Origin: an uncultured Spirochaetaceae bacterium
Lineage (GTDB): Bacteria; Spirochaetota; Spirochaetia; DSM-27196; PWMO01
Assembly (NCBI GenBank): GCA_964654185.1
Contig: CAZZIE010000001.1
Span: forward strand, 391-64,390
Direction: 5' to 3'
Length of the DNA: 64,000 nt
How positions within the stretch are numbered: position 1 is the stretch's first letter; each line of letters opens with the position of its first letter. Of the stretch, positions 8,302-17,454 are shown in pieces. A program made the translations under genes and the position numbers. Below the pieces are notes generated by a model. It saw only the letters and a list, made by a program, of their open reading frames with translations. It was not told where the DNA came from and did no database searches.

Positions 8302-10177
8302 GTTCGACTGGAGCTTGTGGCGCAAGCTCCTGCGCTACACCTGGGGATACAAGAAACATATGATCTGGTTGGCGGTTGTCATGGTCGCGGTTGCGGCCAT
8401 TGACGCCGTCTTTCCCCTCTTCTCGAAGTACGCCATCGACAGCTTCATTGTGCCCGGCAGAACCGATGGCATCTGGAAGCTCATTGTCGGCTACGGCGCG
8501 GTGACCCTTGTGCAGGCGCTGAACGTGTGGCTGCTCATTGCGATTGCCGGCAAAATCGAGATGGGTCTGGCCTACGATCTGCGTGAGAAGGGGTTCGAGC
8601 GGCTGCAGGAGCTTTCCTTGTCCTACTACGACCGCACCCCCGTGGGCTGGCTCATGGCGCGGATGACCTCGGACAACCAGAAGCTCTCGGAGATCATCTC
8701 CTGGGGCCTGGTGGACGGGGTGTGGGGCGCGGTATCCATGGCCGCCTTCGCCGGGGTCATGCTCGTGCTGAACTGGAAGCTTGCGCTCATTGTGCTGCTG
8801 GTCCTGCCGCCCCTCGTCATTGCGAGCGGCTACTTCCAGAAGCGCATCCTGGAGAGCCACCGCAAGGTGCGGAAGCTCAACTCGGAGATCTCCGGCGCCT
8901 ACAACGAGGGTATCCTCGGCGCCCGGACGACGAAGGCGCTCTCCCGGGAGGGGGAGAACCTGAACGAGTTCAAGGATCTCACCGGGCGCATGCGCCGCGC
9001 CTCGATTCGCACGGCGATCTTCTCCGCCCTCTATCTGCCGGTCGTGCTCATGCTCGGCAGCATTGGGACGGGCCTGGCCGTGTGGATCGGCGGTGCCGGC
9101 GTCGCCGCCGGTGGAGCCGTCGCTGGTGGGGCCGCGGGCGCGGCGGGCGCCGCCGCCGGAGCCGCAGCGGCCGCCGGTGGGACGAGTGCAGGGGCCTTCG
9201 GCATCGGCCTCTTAGGCCAGTCAATTACCTACGGCACCCTGGTCGCCTTCATCTCGTACACGGTGCAGTTCTTCGAGCCGGTACGGGAGCTGGCACGGAT
9301 CCTGACCGAGTTGCAGTCGGCGCAGGCTGCGGCGGAGCGGGTCATGTCGATGATCGAGACGGAGCCGGAGATCAAGGACTCGCCGGAGGTCGAGGCGCGG
9401 TACGGTACGACCTTCGCGCCGCATCGTGAGGCCTGGGAGGAAATGGGCGGTCGCGTCGATTTCGAGGACGTGACCTTTACCTACCCGGGCGGAGAAACGG
9501 TGCTGGATCGCTTCAGCCTGTCGGTGCGCGCCGGGGAAACGGTGGCGCTGGTCGGCGAGACCGGGAGCGGCAAGACGACCATTGTGAATCTGGCGTGCCG
9601 CTTCTACGAGCCGACGACCGGGCGCATTCTCATTGACGGGCGCGACTACCGGGAGCGGTCGATCCTGTGGCAGTACTCCCATCTGGGCTACGTGCTGCAG
9701 GAGCCGCATCTGTTCAGCGGAACCATTCGCTCGAATATCCGGTACGGTCGTCTGGACGCCACGGACGCGGAGATCCGCGCCGCGGCGACCCTGGTGAACG
9801 CGCACGATCTGATCATGCGCAAGCCCGGCGGCTACGACACGAACGTCGGGGAGGGGGGCAACCTCCTCTCGACCGGCGAGAAGCAGCTCATCTCCTTTGC
9901 CCGGGCGGTGCTGGCGAATCCGCGCATCTTCGTCCTGGACGAGGCGACGAGCTCGATCGACACCGAGAGCGAGATGCGCATCCAGGAGGCGATTCAGCAC
10001 GTCCTGGACGGACGGACGAGCTTCGTCATTGCGCATCGGCTCTCGACGGTCAAGTCCGCCGACCGCATTCTGGTCCTGGACAAGGGCCGTATTGTCGAGG
10101 AAGGTAGCCACGAGGAACTGCTGGAGGCGGGCGGCCGCTACGCCGCCCTCTACGACAGCCAGTTCGCCGTGGCGTAG
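8267..10177 (+). CDS. ABC exporter, fused permease/ATPase subunit 2
   Basis: Walker A GETGSGKTT, signature LSTGEKQL, Walker B IFVLDEAT, H-loop AHR. ATG at 8267 is preceded by GAGGGTG and overlaps subunit 1 by 35 nt. A Gly/Ala-rich insertion is encoded about 9088-9205. Confidence 0.9.
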   Translation: MTAYTEQEFSRRFDWSLWRKLLRYTWGYKKHMIWLAVVMVAVAAIDAVFPLFSKYAIDSFIVPGRTDGIWKLIVGYGAVTLVQALNVWLLIAIAGKIEMGLAYDLREKGFERLQELSLSYYDRTPVGWLMARMTSDNQKLSEIISWGLVDGVWGAVSMAAFAGVMLVLNWKLALIVLLVLPPLVIASGYFQKRILESHRKVRKLNSEISGAYNEGILGARTTKALSREGENLNEFKDLTGRMRRASIRTAIFSALYLPVVLMLGSIGTGLAVWIGGAGVAAGGAVAGGAAGAAGAAAGAAAAAGGTSAGAFGIGLLGQSITYGTLVAFISYTVQFFEPVRELARILTELQSAQAAAERVMSMIETEPEIKDSPEVEARYGTTFAPHREAWEEMGGRVDFEDVTFTYPGGETVLDRFSLSVRAGETVALVGETGSGKTTIVNLACRFYEPTTGRILIDGRDYRERSILWQYSHLGYVLQEPHLFSGTIRSNIRYGRLDATDAEIRAAATLVNAHDLIMRKPGGYDTNVGEGGNLLSTGEKQLISFARAVLANPRIFVLDEATSSIDTESEMRIQEAIQHVLDGRTSFVIAHRLSTVKSADRILVLDKGRIVEEGSHEELLEAGGRYAALYDSQFAVA

Positions 10178-10181
10178 CGCG

Positions 10182-10331
10182 CGGGCCCCCGCGGCGCCGG
10201 GCGAAGAGCCGCCGGGCGCGCGGGCCCCCGCGGCGCCGGGCGAAGGACCACCGCGCAGGGCGGGCCCCCGCGGCGCCGGGCGAAGGACCACCGCGCAGGG
10301 CGGGCCGCCGCGGCGCCAGGCGAAGAGCCGA
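10182..10331. repeat. intergenic GC-rich minisatellite, about 40 bp x 4
   Basis: Copies of the core cgggcccccgcggcgccgggcgaag start at 10182, 10221, 10261 and 10301. Copies 2 and 3 are identical 40-mers. Confidence 0.9.
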
Positions 10332-10350
10332 ACACACCCAAGGAGCACGC

Positions 10351-11655
10351 ATGAACCTGGAAGTACGACACATCACCGACGACGAGCGCGCCGATGAGTT
10401 GCGCCTTCGCTACTACGGCTTTGCCGACTACCCGCCGGCGGAACTCGAGGAGCCCGACCTTCGTCGCATGCTCCCGGAAGAGATCCTCGGCGGCTTCGTG
10501 GATGGGCGCCTCGTTGCGTCCGCCCATCTGTACCGGTTTCACCAGTCCGTCCGGGGCGTCGTGAAGGCCATGGGCGGGATCGGCGGCGTGGCGGCCTACC
10601 CGGAGGTGCGCCGCCGCGGCGTGGTGCGCCGCATCATGCTCGAAACCCTCGCGGAGATGCAGCGCGAGGGCATGCCGGTGAGCATGCTGCACCCCTTCAA
10701 GGTCTCCTTCTATCGCAACTTCGGATACGTCACCGCGGACGACAACGTCGTGGTGGAGTATCCCACCACCGCCTTCGCGGAGTGGCTCCGCGACCCCGCG
10801 GCGGAGGAGGTGCGGATCGAGCGGCACGCGCCCATGGACGCCTGGGAGGAGTACTGCCACCTGGACGCAGAGAGCGCCGCGCCCGCGGGCTCCCCGGCCG
10901 CTCCGGCCGGCGCTCCGTCGCAAAGCTCACGCGGCGGCCCCGCCCCCGCGGGCCCCTTCCACGGTCCGGTCGTCCTCTCCAGCGCCGGCCGGGAGTTCAT
11001 TGAGCGGCGGCTGGACGATCAGGAGATCGTGTTCTTCCGCCGGGGCGGGCGCACCCTCGCCGGCGCCGTCTTCCGCCGGGAAGGCCATGAGCCGGATGGG
11101 ACCCTGCGCATCGCCGGGTACCGTTTCGTCGAGCGCGACGGCCTCGCCGCCCTGCTGCGATTCGTTGCGCTCCACATTGACCAGTGCAACACCGTCGTCA
11201 TGAACGCCGCCCCGGCAAGCCTGCGCGGCCGACTCTTCCCGCACACCGGCGACATCGACGGGGAAGTCCGCGTCCAGGCCATGCGCCGCCCCTGGATGGT
11301 CCGCATTGTCGACGTCGCCGCCGCCCTCCGCGGCATCCCCGCTCCTGCAGCGGGCGACCTGGAGCTCTCCGTCTCCGACGAGCACTGCCCCTGGAACCGC
11401 GGCACCTACCGCCTCTCATCGTCCGGAGAGAGCCTTGAGGTCGATGTCAACGGCCGTCACACCGCGCAGGGCGACCCACCGCAGCCGGATACGCCGTCGG
11501 CCTCCGTGACGATCCACCAGCTCTCGGCACTCCTCTACGGCACCCACCCGCCGGCGGAGATCCTCCGGGACGCTCCCGGCGTGACCCCGGCGGCCCGGAA
11601 CCTCCTGGCGGCGTGGTTTCCCGAGCGCTTCCTCTGGAACGACACGGGCTTCTGA
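10351..11655 (+). CDS. GNAT N-acetyltransferase, Eis-like architecture
   Basis: 434-aa ORF with an N-terminal GNAT-like core (VAAYPEVRRRGVVRRIM). The length and long C-terminal extension fit Eis-type enzymes. AAGGAG RBS. An Ala/Pro-rich insertion lies about 10860-10960. Confidence 0.6.
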   Translation: MNLEVRHITDDERADELRLRYYGFADYPPAELEEPDLRRMLPEEILGGFVDGRLVASAHLYRFHQSVRGVVKAMGGIGGVAAYPEVRRRGVVRRIMLETLAEMQREGMPVSMLHPFKVSFYRNFGYVTADDNVVVEYPTTAFAEWLRDPAAEEVRIERHAPMDAWEEYCHLDAESAAPAGSPAAPAGAPSQSSRGGPAPAGPFHGPVVLSSAGREFIERRLDDQEIVFFRRGGRTLAGAVFRREGHEPDGTLRIAGYRFVERDGLAALLRFVALHIDQCNTVVMNAAPASLRGRLFPHTGDIDGEVRVQAMRRPWMVRIVDVAAALRGIPAPAAGDLELSVSDEHCPWNRGTYRLSSSGESLEVDVNGRHTAQGDPPQPDTPSASVTIHQLSALLYGTHPPAEILRDAPGVTPAARNLLAAWFPERFLWNDTGF

Positions 11656-11712
11656 TCCCGCCGGTTCGCGCGGTTGCACCGTGAGGCCCGGTCCGGTATC
11701 CTCCGGGCATCC

Positions 11713-13074
11713 ATGCAGCACGAACGGCCATCTCACCAGGGGCCCTCCCGGGCCGGACGTCCCGGGCGTCCCGTCGGCATCGTTCTCATTTCTCTCTTCG
11801 CTCTCTCGACCATCCTGAACTGTGCAACGACGGACCCGCACCGGCAGTACCTCGACGCGGCGGCGCTCCCCCTGGATCCGACCGTCGATGAGACGGTGCG
11901 GCCCGTCGCGGCGCACCTCTCGCAGAGCCGCGTGGTCCTCGTCGGAGAGGAGCACGGAGTGGTCGCGAACCAGGAGATCGAGGCGGCGCTCTTCGAGGAG
12001 CTCGTGCGCAACCACGGCGTCTCGGTCTACCTTGCCGAGTCGGCGTACTCCTTTGCCGCCTTCGTTCAGCACTACATAGAGACGGGCGACCGGGACCTCC
12101 TCGATCAGCTGACGGCGCGGCTCGAGGGAACCAACGCCGGTGTCGTGGAGCATCGGGAGTTTCTCGTGAGGCTGCACCAGCTCTACCAGGAGTTGCCGCC
12201 GGAGAAGCGCTTCCGCTACGTCGGTATTGACATTGAGCACATGGATGCGGTCGCCGTGAGCTATCTGCGCTGGAAGCTCCGGCAGGCGCAGGAGCACCTC
12301 ACGGGGAGTGCCGGGGGCTCCGGCGCCAGCGGCGGCTCGTCAGAGCGCGCTGCCCCACCTTCCAACCGCGCCGCCGCGCTCCACGCCCGGCTCGAGGAGG
12401 TGCTGTCGGATGCGAGCTTCGATCACCGCGGCGTCCGCGGTGTCGCCGAGGCGCTCCGCGCCGAGATCGCCCGCGCCGGCGACGCCTTCCCGGCACTCTT
12501 CCCCGGGGACGCGTCGGGCATCCGCATTGTCGTCGACAACATCATCGCCGGACATGAGCGGGATGCCGCCGGGGCGCCGACCGAGCGGAAGCTGCGTCGG
12601 GATGCCGCGATCTACCGGACCTTCCGCCGGGTGGACGCCATGCTCGGCTCCTCCAGGGCGGGGACCGCGGAACCTGCTCGTACCGACCCGGCGCCGCGTT
12701 ACTTCGGCCAGTGGGGTGCCGCCCACGTATTCCAGCGGCCCCTGGAGGGCATCGACTGGTTCGCATCCCGCCTGGCCGCCGACGGAACCTCCGTATCCAG
12801 CACCCTCCTGATCTACATGGACTGTCGCGTTCTCGAGCGCAAGCCCTATCGGGAGGAGACGTTGAATACCTGGGGGCGCCTGGACGTGTCGCGAAGGGCG
12901 CTGCGGCGCCTGAGGCCGACGCCGCTGTTCATTCCCATCCGGGGCGGCGCCTCCCCGTACCACGAAACGCCCTTTCGAAGCGGCGGTAGATCGAGCGAAT
13001 ACTCCCTTGCCGAACTGGTAGATGACCTCATCCTCATCCGCGGCTCCGGGGCGAACACGCCGTATCGCCCCTGA
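11713..13074 (+). CDS. putative lipoprotein, erythromycin-esterase/Tiki/TraB-superfamily-like (GEEHG motif)
   Basis: Hydrophobic N-terminus ending in ...STILNC. The segment VVLVGEEHGVVANQEIEAALFEELVRNHGVSVYLAESAY resembles the N-terminal metal-site block of that superfamily. The start could also be 11674. Confidence 0.4.
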   Translation: MQHERPSHQGPSRAGRPGRPVGIVLISLFALSTILNCATTDPHRQYLDAAALPLDPTVDETVRPVAAHLSQSRVVLVGEEHGVVANQEIEAALFEELVRNHGVSVYLAESAYSFAAFVQHYIETGDRDLLDQLTARLEGTNAGVVEHREFLVRLHQLYQELPPEKRFRYVGIDIEHMDAVAVSYLRWKLRQAQEHLTGSAGGSGASGGSSERAAPPSNRAAALHARLEEVLSDASFDHRGVRGVAEALRAEIARAGDAFPALFPGDASGIRIVVDNIIAGHERDAAGAPTERKLRRDAAIYRTFRRVDAMLGSSRAGTAEPARTDPAPRYFGQWGAAHVFQRPLEGIDWFASRLAADGTSVSSTLLIYMDCRVLERKPYREETLNTWGRLDVSRRALRRLRPTPLFIPIRGGASPYHETPFRSGGRSSEYSLAELVDDLILIRGSGANTPYRP

Positions 13075-13257
13075 GCGTTCATCCCGGAACGTCGCCCCGG
13101 CTGGCCCGCCCGGGATCCCGCGGTCGGTCGCGCCGCCGCCGCCGCCCGGGATCCCGCGCCCGGTGCGCAGCCGCCGCCGCCGGCCGGCCCTTTTTTCTCA
13201 GGGCCGGTGTCGTTACAATTGGACTTCGGTACGCCAAATACACCCGAGGGAGCGCAC

Positions 13258-15576
13258 ATGGAGCTACGGAAAAACCTCTTCACCGAGACCGGCTGGGAGA
13301 TTCGCGAGGGACGGTTCGAAGAAGAGCTCCTTGTTACGAACGGCAGCAACTACATGACCGGCAACGGCTATCTCGGCTATCGCGGCACCTTCCCGGAGTG
13401 GACGAAGGATCAGTACGTCGGGTGCACCGTGGTGGACACCTACGACAACGCCGACGGTAAGTGGACCGAGCTCTGCACGGTGCCGAATGCGCTGTACACC
13501 AGCTTCGAGGTGGATGGCGAAGCGGTCTCCGCCCTCGGTGCGAACCTCGACGACTACAGCCGGGAGCTCAACTACCGCTACGGCTTTCACACCCGCTCCA
13601 TGCAGTGGCTCTCCGCCGCGGACAAGCACGTGACCCTGACGGATGAGCGCTTCGCCAGCTACGGCAACCTCCACCTCATTCCGAGCAGGCACCACTTCAC
13701 CGTGCGCTCCGCCTGCACCGTACGCATGACTACCGGCATCGACGGGTGGGTCTGGAGCCTTAACGGCGAGCACTTTTCAAGGTACGAGCCCTTCGAGGAA
13801 GAAGCGTACCTCTTCATGCGGACCGTGACGCAGGAGCGAGGCGTGGAGATCATGGTCGGTGAGACCATCTCCTTTCTCGAAGGCAAGCCGGCGCGTGCCC
13901 GCATGGAGATCGGTGAGCGGAGCGCCATGCGCATTCTGGAGTTCGATCTGGAGGCGGGAGAGTCGATCGTCTACGAGAAGTACATGGTCGTGTACACGGC
14001 GAACGACGTCCCCCGTCCCCTGGAGTCGACCCGGCGCGATCTGGAACAGTCGGTGGAGCGCGGCTTCGATCCCCTGCTTGCCGAGCACCAGGCCGTGTGG
14101 GACGCCATGTGGGACCGCTCCGGCATCGACATAGAAGGAGACAAGAGGGCCCAGGCGCTTCTTCGGTACAACATCTACCAGAACATAATTGCCACGCCGG
14201 CCCATGCGGATCACTTGCCCGTCGGGGCGCGCGGCCTCTCCTGCCAGGCCTACCAGGGCTCGGCCTTCTGGGATCAGGAGATCTTCAACCTGCCCATGTT
14301 TCTCTACACCCGGCCGGAGGTTGCCCGGAACCTGCTGGTCTATCGCTACAAGACGCTGAATGGCGCGCGGAAGAAGGCGCGGGACCTGGGCTTCTACGGC
14401 GCCTTCTACGCCTGGGTCAGCGCCGACACCGGGGAGGAGGTGTGTCCCTCATACTTCTTCAAAGACGTCCTGACCGGACGCGATATCCATAACCACTTCA
14501 ACAGCTGGCAGATCCACGTCTCACCGGACATTGCCTACACCGTCTGGCGCTACTACTCCGTGACCGGGGACTTCGACTTCCTCCGGGACTACGGGGCGGA
14601 GATCCTCTTCGAGGTGGCGCAGTTCCTGGTCGCCCGGGCGCACTTCAAGAAGGACCGGAACCGCTACGAGTTCATCCGCCTCCTCGGCCCGGACGAGTAC
14701 CACGAGAACGTCGACAACAATTTCTTCACCAACTACCAGGCGCGGTACGCCGTGGACGTTGCGGTGCGGGCCTACGAGTTGCTCCAGGCGGAGGCTCCGG
14801 ACGCCCTCGGGGCACTTGAGAAGAGGATCAGGGTCGATGTCGACGCCTGGCGGGAGATGGCCGATCTCATCTATGTGAAGGAGCCCGGTGAGGCGGCGGA
14901 CGCACCGAACGAGAAGGTCATTGAGCAGTTCGACGGCTTCTTTCAGCTGGAGGACATCTCACCGGAGAAGCTCGCCGAGCGCCTCATCGACCCCGGCGAG
15001 TACTGGGGGTGGCCCAACGGTATTGCCGTGGAGACCCAGGTCTCCAAGCAGGCGGATGTCACCCAGCTCTTCATGCTGCACCCCCGGGCCTACAGCAGGG
15101 AGGTCATGGCCGCCAACGTCGACTACTACGAGCCCCGGACCCAGCACGGCTCCTCCTTGAGCCCGTCGGTCTACGGCATTGTCGGCGCATGGATCGGCCA
15201 CGACGACATCTCCTACGACTACTTCATCCGCAGCTGCGCCGTCGACCTCTTCAATACCAACAAGGCGGTGAGCGGTGGCACCTTCATCGGCGGGATCCAC
15301 ACCGCCGCCTGCGGCGTCGCCTGGCAGATCGTCACGGCGGGCTTCCTGGGGATGGACGTCGACGGCTCGGAGCTCTCCTTCGCGCCGCGCCTTCCCGCCG
15401 GGTGGCAGCGCGTCTCCTTCTATCTGGAGATCCGCGGCGCCGGAATAGATGTCGATGTCACCCGCCACGTCGTCCACTGCACCTCCCGCAGCGACAGCGC
15501 CGCTACGATCACGATCTCCGTCGCCGGTGTCAGCGAGGAATTGCAGCCCGACGCCGCGGTGAGTCTGACCTTCTGA
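13258..15576 (+). CDS. glycoside hydrolase family 65 disaccharide phosphorylase (maltose/kojibiose/trehalose phosphorylase type)
   Basis: 772 aa from ATG 13258 (RBS GAGGGAG). It has GH65-like blocks (WDQEIF, HVSPDIAYTVWRYY, LGPDEYHENVDNNFFTN). The ORF-track start at 13207 is an upstream GTG. Confidence 0.85.
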   Translation: MELRKNLFTETGWEIREGRFEEELLVTNGSNYMTGNGYLGYRGTFPEWTKDQYVGCTVVDTYDNADGKWTELCTVPNALYTSFEVDGEAVSALGANLDDYSRELNYRYGFHTRSMQWLSAADKHVTLTDERFASYGNLHLIPSRHHFTVRSACTVRMTTGIDGWVWSLNGEHFSRYEPFEEEAYLFMRTVTQERGVEIMVGETISFLEGKPARARMEIGERSAMRILEFDLEAGESIVYEKYMVVYTANDVPRPLESTRRDLEQSVERGFDPLLAEHQAVWDAMWDRSGIDIEGDKRAQALLRYNIYQNIIATPAHADHLPVGARGLSCQAYQGSAFWDQEIFNLPMFLYTRPEVARNLLVYRYKTLNGARKKARDLGFYGAFYAWVSADTGEEVCPSYFFKDVLTGRDIHNHFNSWQIHVSPDIAYTVWRYYSVTGDFDFLRDYGAEILFEVAQFLVARAHFKKDRNRYEFIRLLGPDEYHENVDNNFFTNYQARYAVDVAVRAYELLQAEAPDALGALEKRIRVDVDAWREMADLIYVKEPGEAADAPNEKVIEQFDGFFQLEDISPEKLAERLIDPGEYWGWPNGIAVETQVSKQADVTQLFMLHPRAYSREVMAANVDYYEPRTQHGSSLSPSVYGIVGAWIGHDDISYDYFIRSCAVDLFNTNKAVSGGTFIGGIHTAACGVAWQIVTAGFLGMDVDGSELSFAPRLPAGWQRVSFYLEIRGAGIDVDVTRHVVHCTSRSDSAATITISVAGVSEELQPDAAVSLTF

Positions 15577-15627
15577 GCGGTGGGGCAGGTGGCGTCGGGC
15601 ACGTCCGTTATCATCGAACCGTCGCGG

Positions 15628-16656
15628 TCACTCTGATTGATCCCGTTGGGCTGACTGATCCCGTTGGGCTGATGCGAAGAGCACGCGATACACGCGGTCC
15701 CGGTCGCTCTCGGAGATATCCGAGAACTCCGCGTGGCAGAGACTCCCTTCCTCGGAAGTTCGGACGACCTGCGCAGGAAGCGACAGATCGCGACCTTCGG
15801 GTCCAATGCCGGGAAGCACAATGGTCACGGCGGATCCCGGTTGCAGTTTGCCGTTGGGATTCTTGAAGCTCGCTCCACCACCGCCGAGATCGCGCAGACG
15901 AATCCAGGCATCCTCACCGTCCGCTAGAAAGAGACGTGCGTGGATGCGCATGGCGCGCCGGTAGTGTCGCCGCTTCTGGTTGCGGTCCACCCCTTCGCGG
16001 TGGCGAAGGTGGACCGTTCCGTTCTCGAAGCCCTGCGAGAAGGTGGTTGTCCGGAAGACGCCGGCTGTTGTGGTGAGCATGACATCGACGCGCCCGCCCG
16101 AAGGGAACCGCGAGGCTGCTCCCCCGGCATCTACCGCAAAGCCCTCGGGTTGCTGCGCCGTTACCGTTGCGGGGACCGGCTTGTTCCCGTTCCGACGAAT
16201 GGCCACGGTGCTTCCGACGGCAAGATCGGTGGTGGACCGCGGCACCGCACCGTTCCGGCGGGTGATTCCGAGCACTACGCGCAGAGCGCTGACGGTCTCG
16301 GATGTGACGTGACCGTCCCGGGTGGCCTGCCGGGCGGCGCGGTCGAAGATCGGCGCCTCCTGGACAATGCGGTGTTTCTGCTGGGGGCGGTCGAACGCGT
16401 CGGCCATCCGCTCCAACGCGTCACGGCCGGACGGGGCGACGCCGCGCGCCTCCACAATGCGCTCGAACTCCGCCGCGGACCACTCCCGGCGCCGGCGCGC
16501 GGCGCGGCGGCTCTGGATGACCAGGTGTGAGGTCAGACCTATTGTGAGCGCCCCGAAGAGGCCGACCACCAGGGCCACCTCTTCGGGGCTGTTGTGATAT
16601 GCCTGGGCGACCTCCCGCAGGAACTGCTGGGCCGCCGGAGAGTAGGGTGACGCCAT
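15628..16656 (-). CDS. PilZ-domain (YcgR-like) c-di-GMP receptor with an N-terminal TM segment
   Basis: PilZ motifs RRHYRR ... DLGGGGASF in the C-terminal third, and one N-terminal hydrophobic helix. The C-terminus SAQRDQSAQRDQSE is encoded by an 18-bp tandem duplication (15638-15673). Confidence 0.7.
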   Translation of the reverse strand: MASPYSPAAQQFLREVAQAYHNSPEEVALVVGLFGALTIGLTSHLVIQSRRAARRRREWSAAEFERIVEARGVAPSGRDALERMADAFDRPQQKHRIVQEAPIFDRAARQATRDGHVTSETVSALRVVLGITRRNGAVPRSTTDLAVGSTVAIRRNGNKPVPATVTAQQPEGFAVDAGGAASRFPSGGRVDVMLTTTAGVFRTTTFSQGFENGTVHLRHREGVDRNQKRRHYRRAMRIHARLFLADGEDAWIRLRDLGGGGASFKNPNGKLQPGSAVTIVLPGIGPEGRDLSLPAQVVRTSEEGSLCHAEFSDISESDRDRVYRVLFASAQRDQSAQRDQSE

Positions 16657-16671
16657 GTCGGCGCTTCCGGG

Positions 16672-17445
16672 CTACACCGCCTTCCAGGGCGAACGACGGC
16701 CGTAGTGCTGGTAGAGACGCTCCTCGTACTCCGGGGTGACCGGCTCATCCGGGTTGTACTCCGGGGCGTCCTCGATCTTGCTGTTCTCCATGTCGATGTA
16801 CATCTGCTGGCGCTTCCAGCTGATCTCTTTGGTCCACCGCGGCGCAATGAGCACCTGCTTGCCGCCGAAGAAGCGGCCTGTGTTGACTACGAGGTAGCGG
16901 ATGGCCCAGGTGCGGTCGTCGAAAATGAAGTCGGCAACCTTTCCGATCTCGCCGCGATTTGCAAGGACTGAGTACCCCTCGACTCTCGCGCTGCTGCGGA
17001 GGTGTACCTCCCCGGCGCCCTCCTCGGGCTTCTCTACCTTGATTTCCGCCGGGGACTTGTCCTTCGTCCGAATGGAGAGCACGTCCTCAGGATGCATCCC
17101 CGTGCCCCAGAGACCGTATCCCGCCCAGTATCCGGGCGTCTTGTAGTACTTGAAGAACTCTCGCTCCTGCTTTCGCGAGATAGGCTCCTTCATGTTCATG
17201 TCCGGGCTGTGGCGCACCTGTTCCTGGGTCAGGCTTACCGACACGGTCTCTTCCGGCCAGTTCACCGCCGTAATGAAAATGGGAGAAATAAGGACATGCT
17301 TGCGCCGAATCCAGTTCCCGGTCTGGACCACCAGATAGCGGATGGTCCAGTCATCATCGTCAAAGTAGACATGTTCGGCGTGGCCGATAGTGCCGTCCTG
17401 GGCCTCAATGCCGAAGCCCTGCAAATGGTTCACGTTTCTCAGCAT
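16672..17445 (-). CDS. PRC-barrel domain protein (two repeats)
   Basis: 257 aa with two copies of the pattern G..V...DG.IG.V.D..FDD..W.IRYLVV. An AGGAGG RBS overlaps the aceF stop region. Confidence 0.75.
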   Translation of the reverse strand: MLRNVNHLQGFGIEAQDGTIGHAEHVYFDDDDWTIRYLVVQTGNWIRRKHVLISPIFITAVNWPEETVSVSLTQEQVRHSPDMNMKEPISRKQEREFFKYYKTPGYWAGYGLWGTGMHPEDVLSIRTKDKSPAEIKVEKPEEGAGEVHLRSSARVEGYSVLANRGEIGKVADFIFDDRTWAIRYLVVNTGRFFGGKQVLIAPRWTKEISWKRQQMYIDMENSKIEDAPEYNPDEPVTPEYEERLYQHYGRRSPWKAV

Positions 17446-17454
17446 TCATTCCTC

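Noticed and set aside
10182-10331. Possible CRISPR array (regular ~40-bp periodicity).
   Set aside because: The units are contiguous with no unique spacers, there are no cas genes in the window, and only four copies are present. I treat it as a minisatellite.
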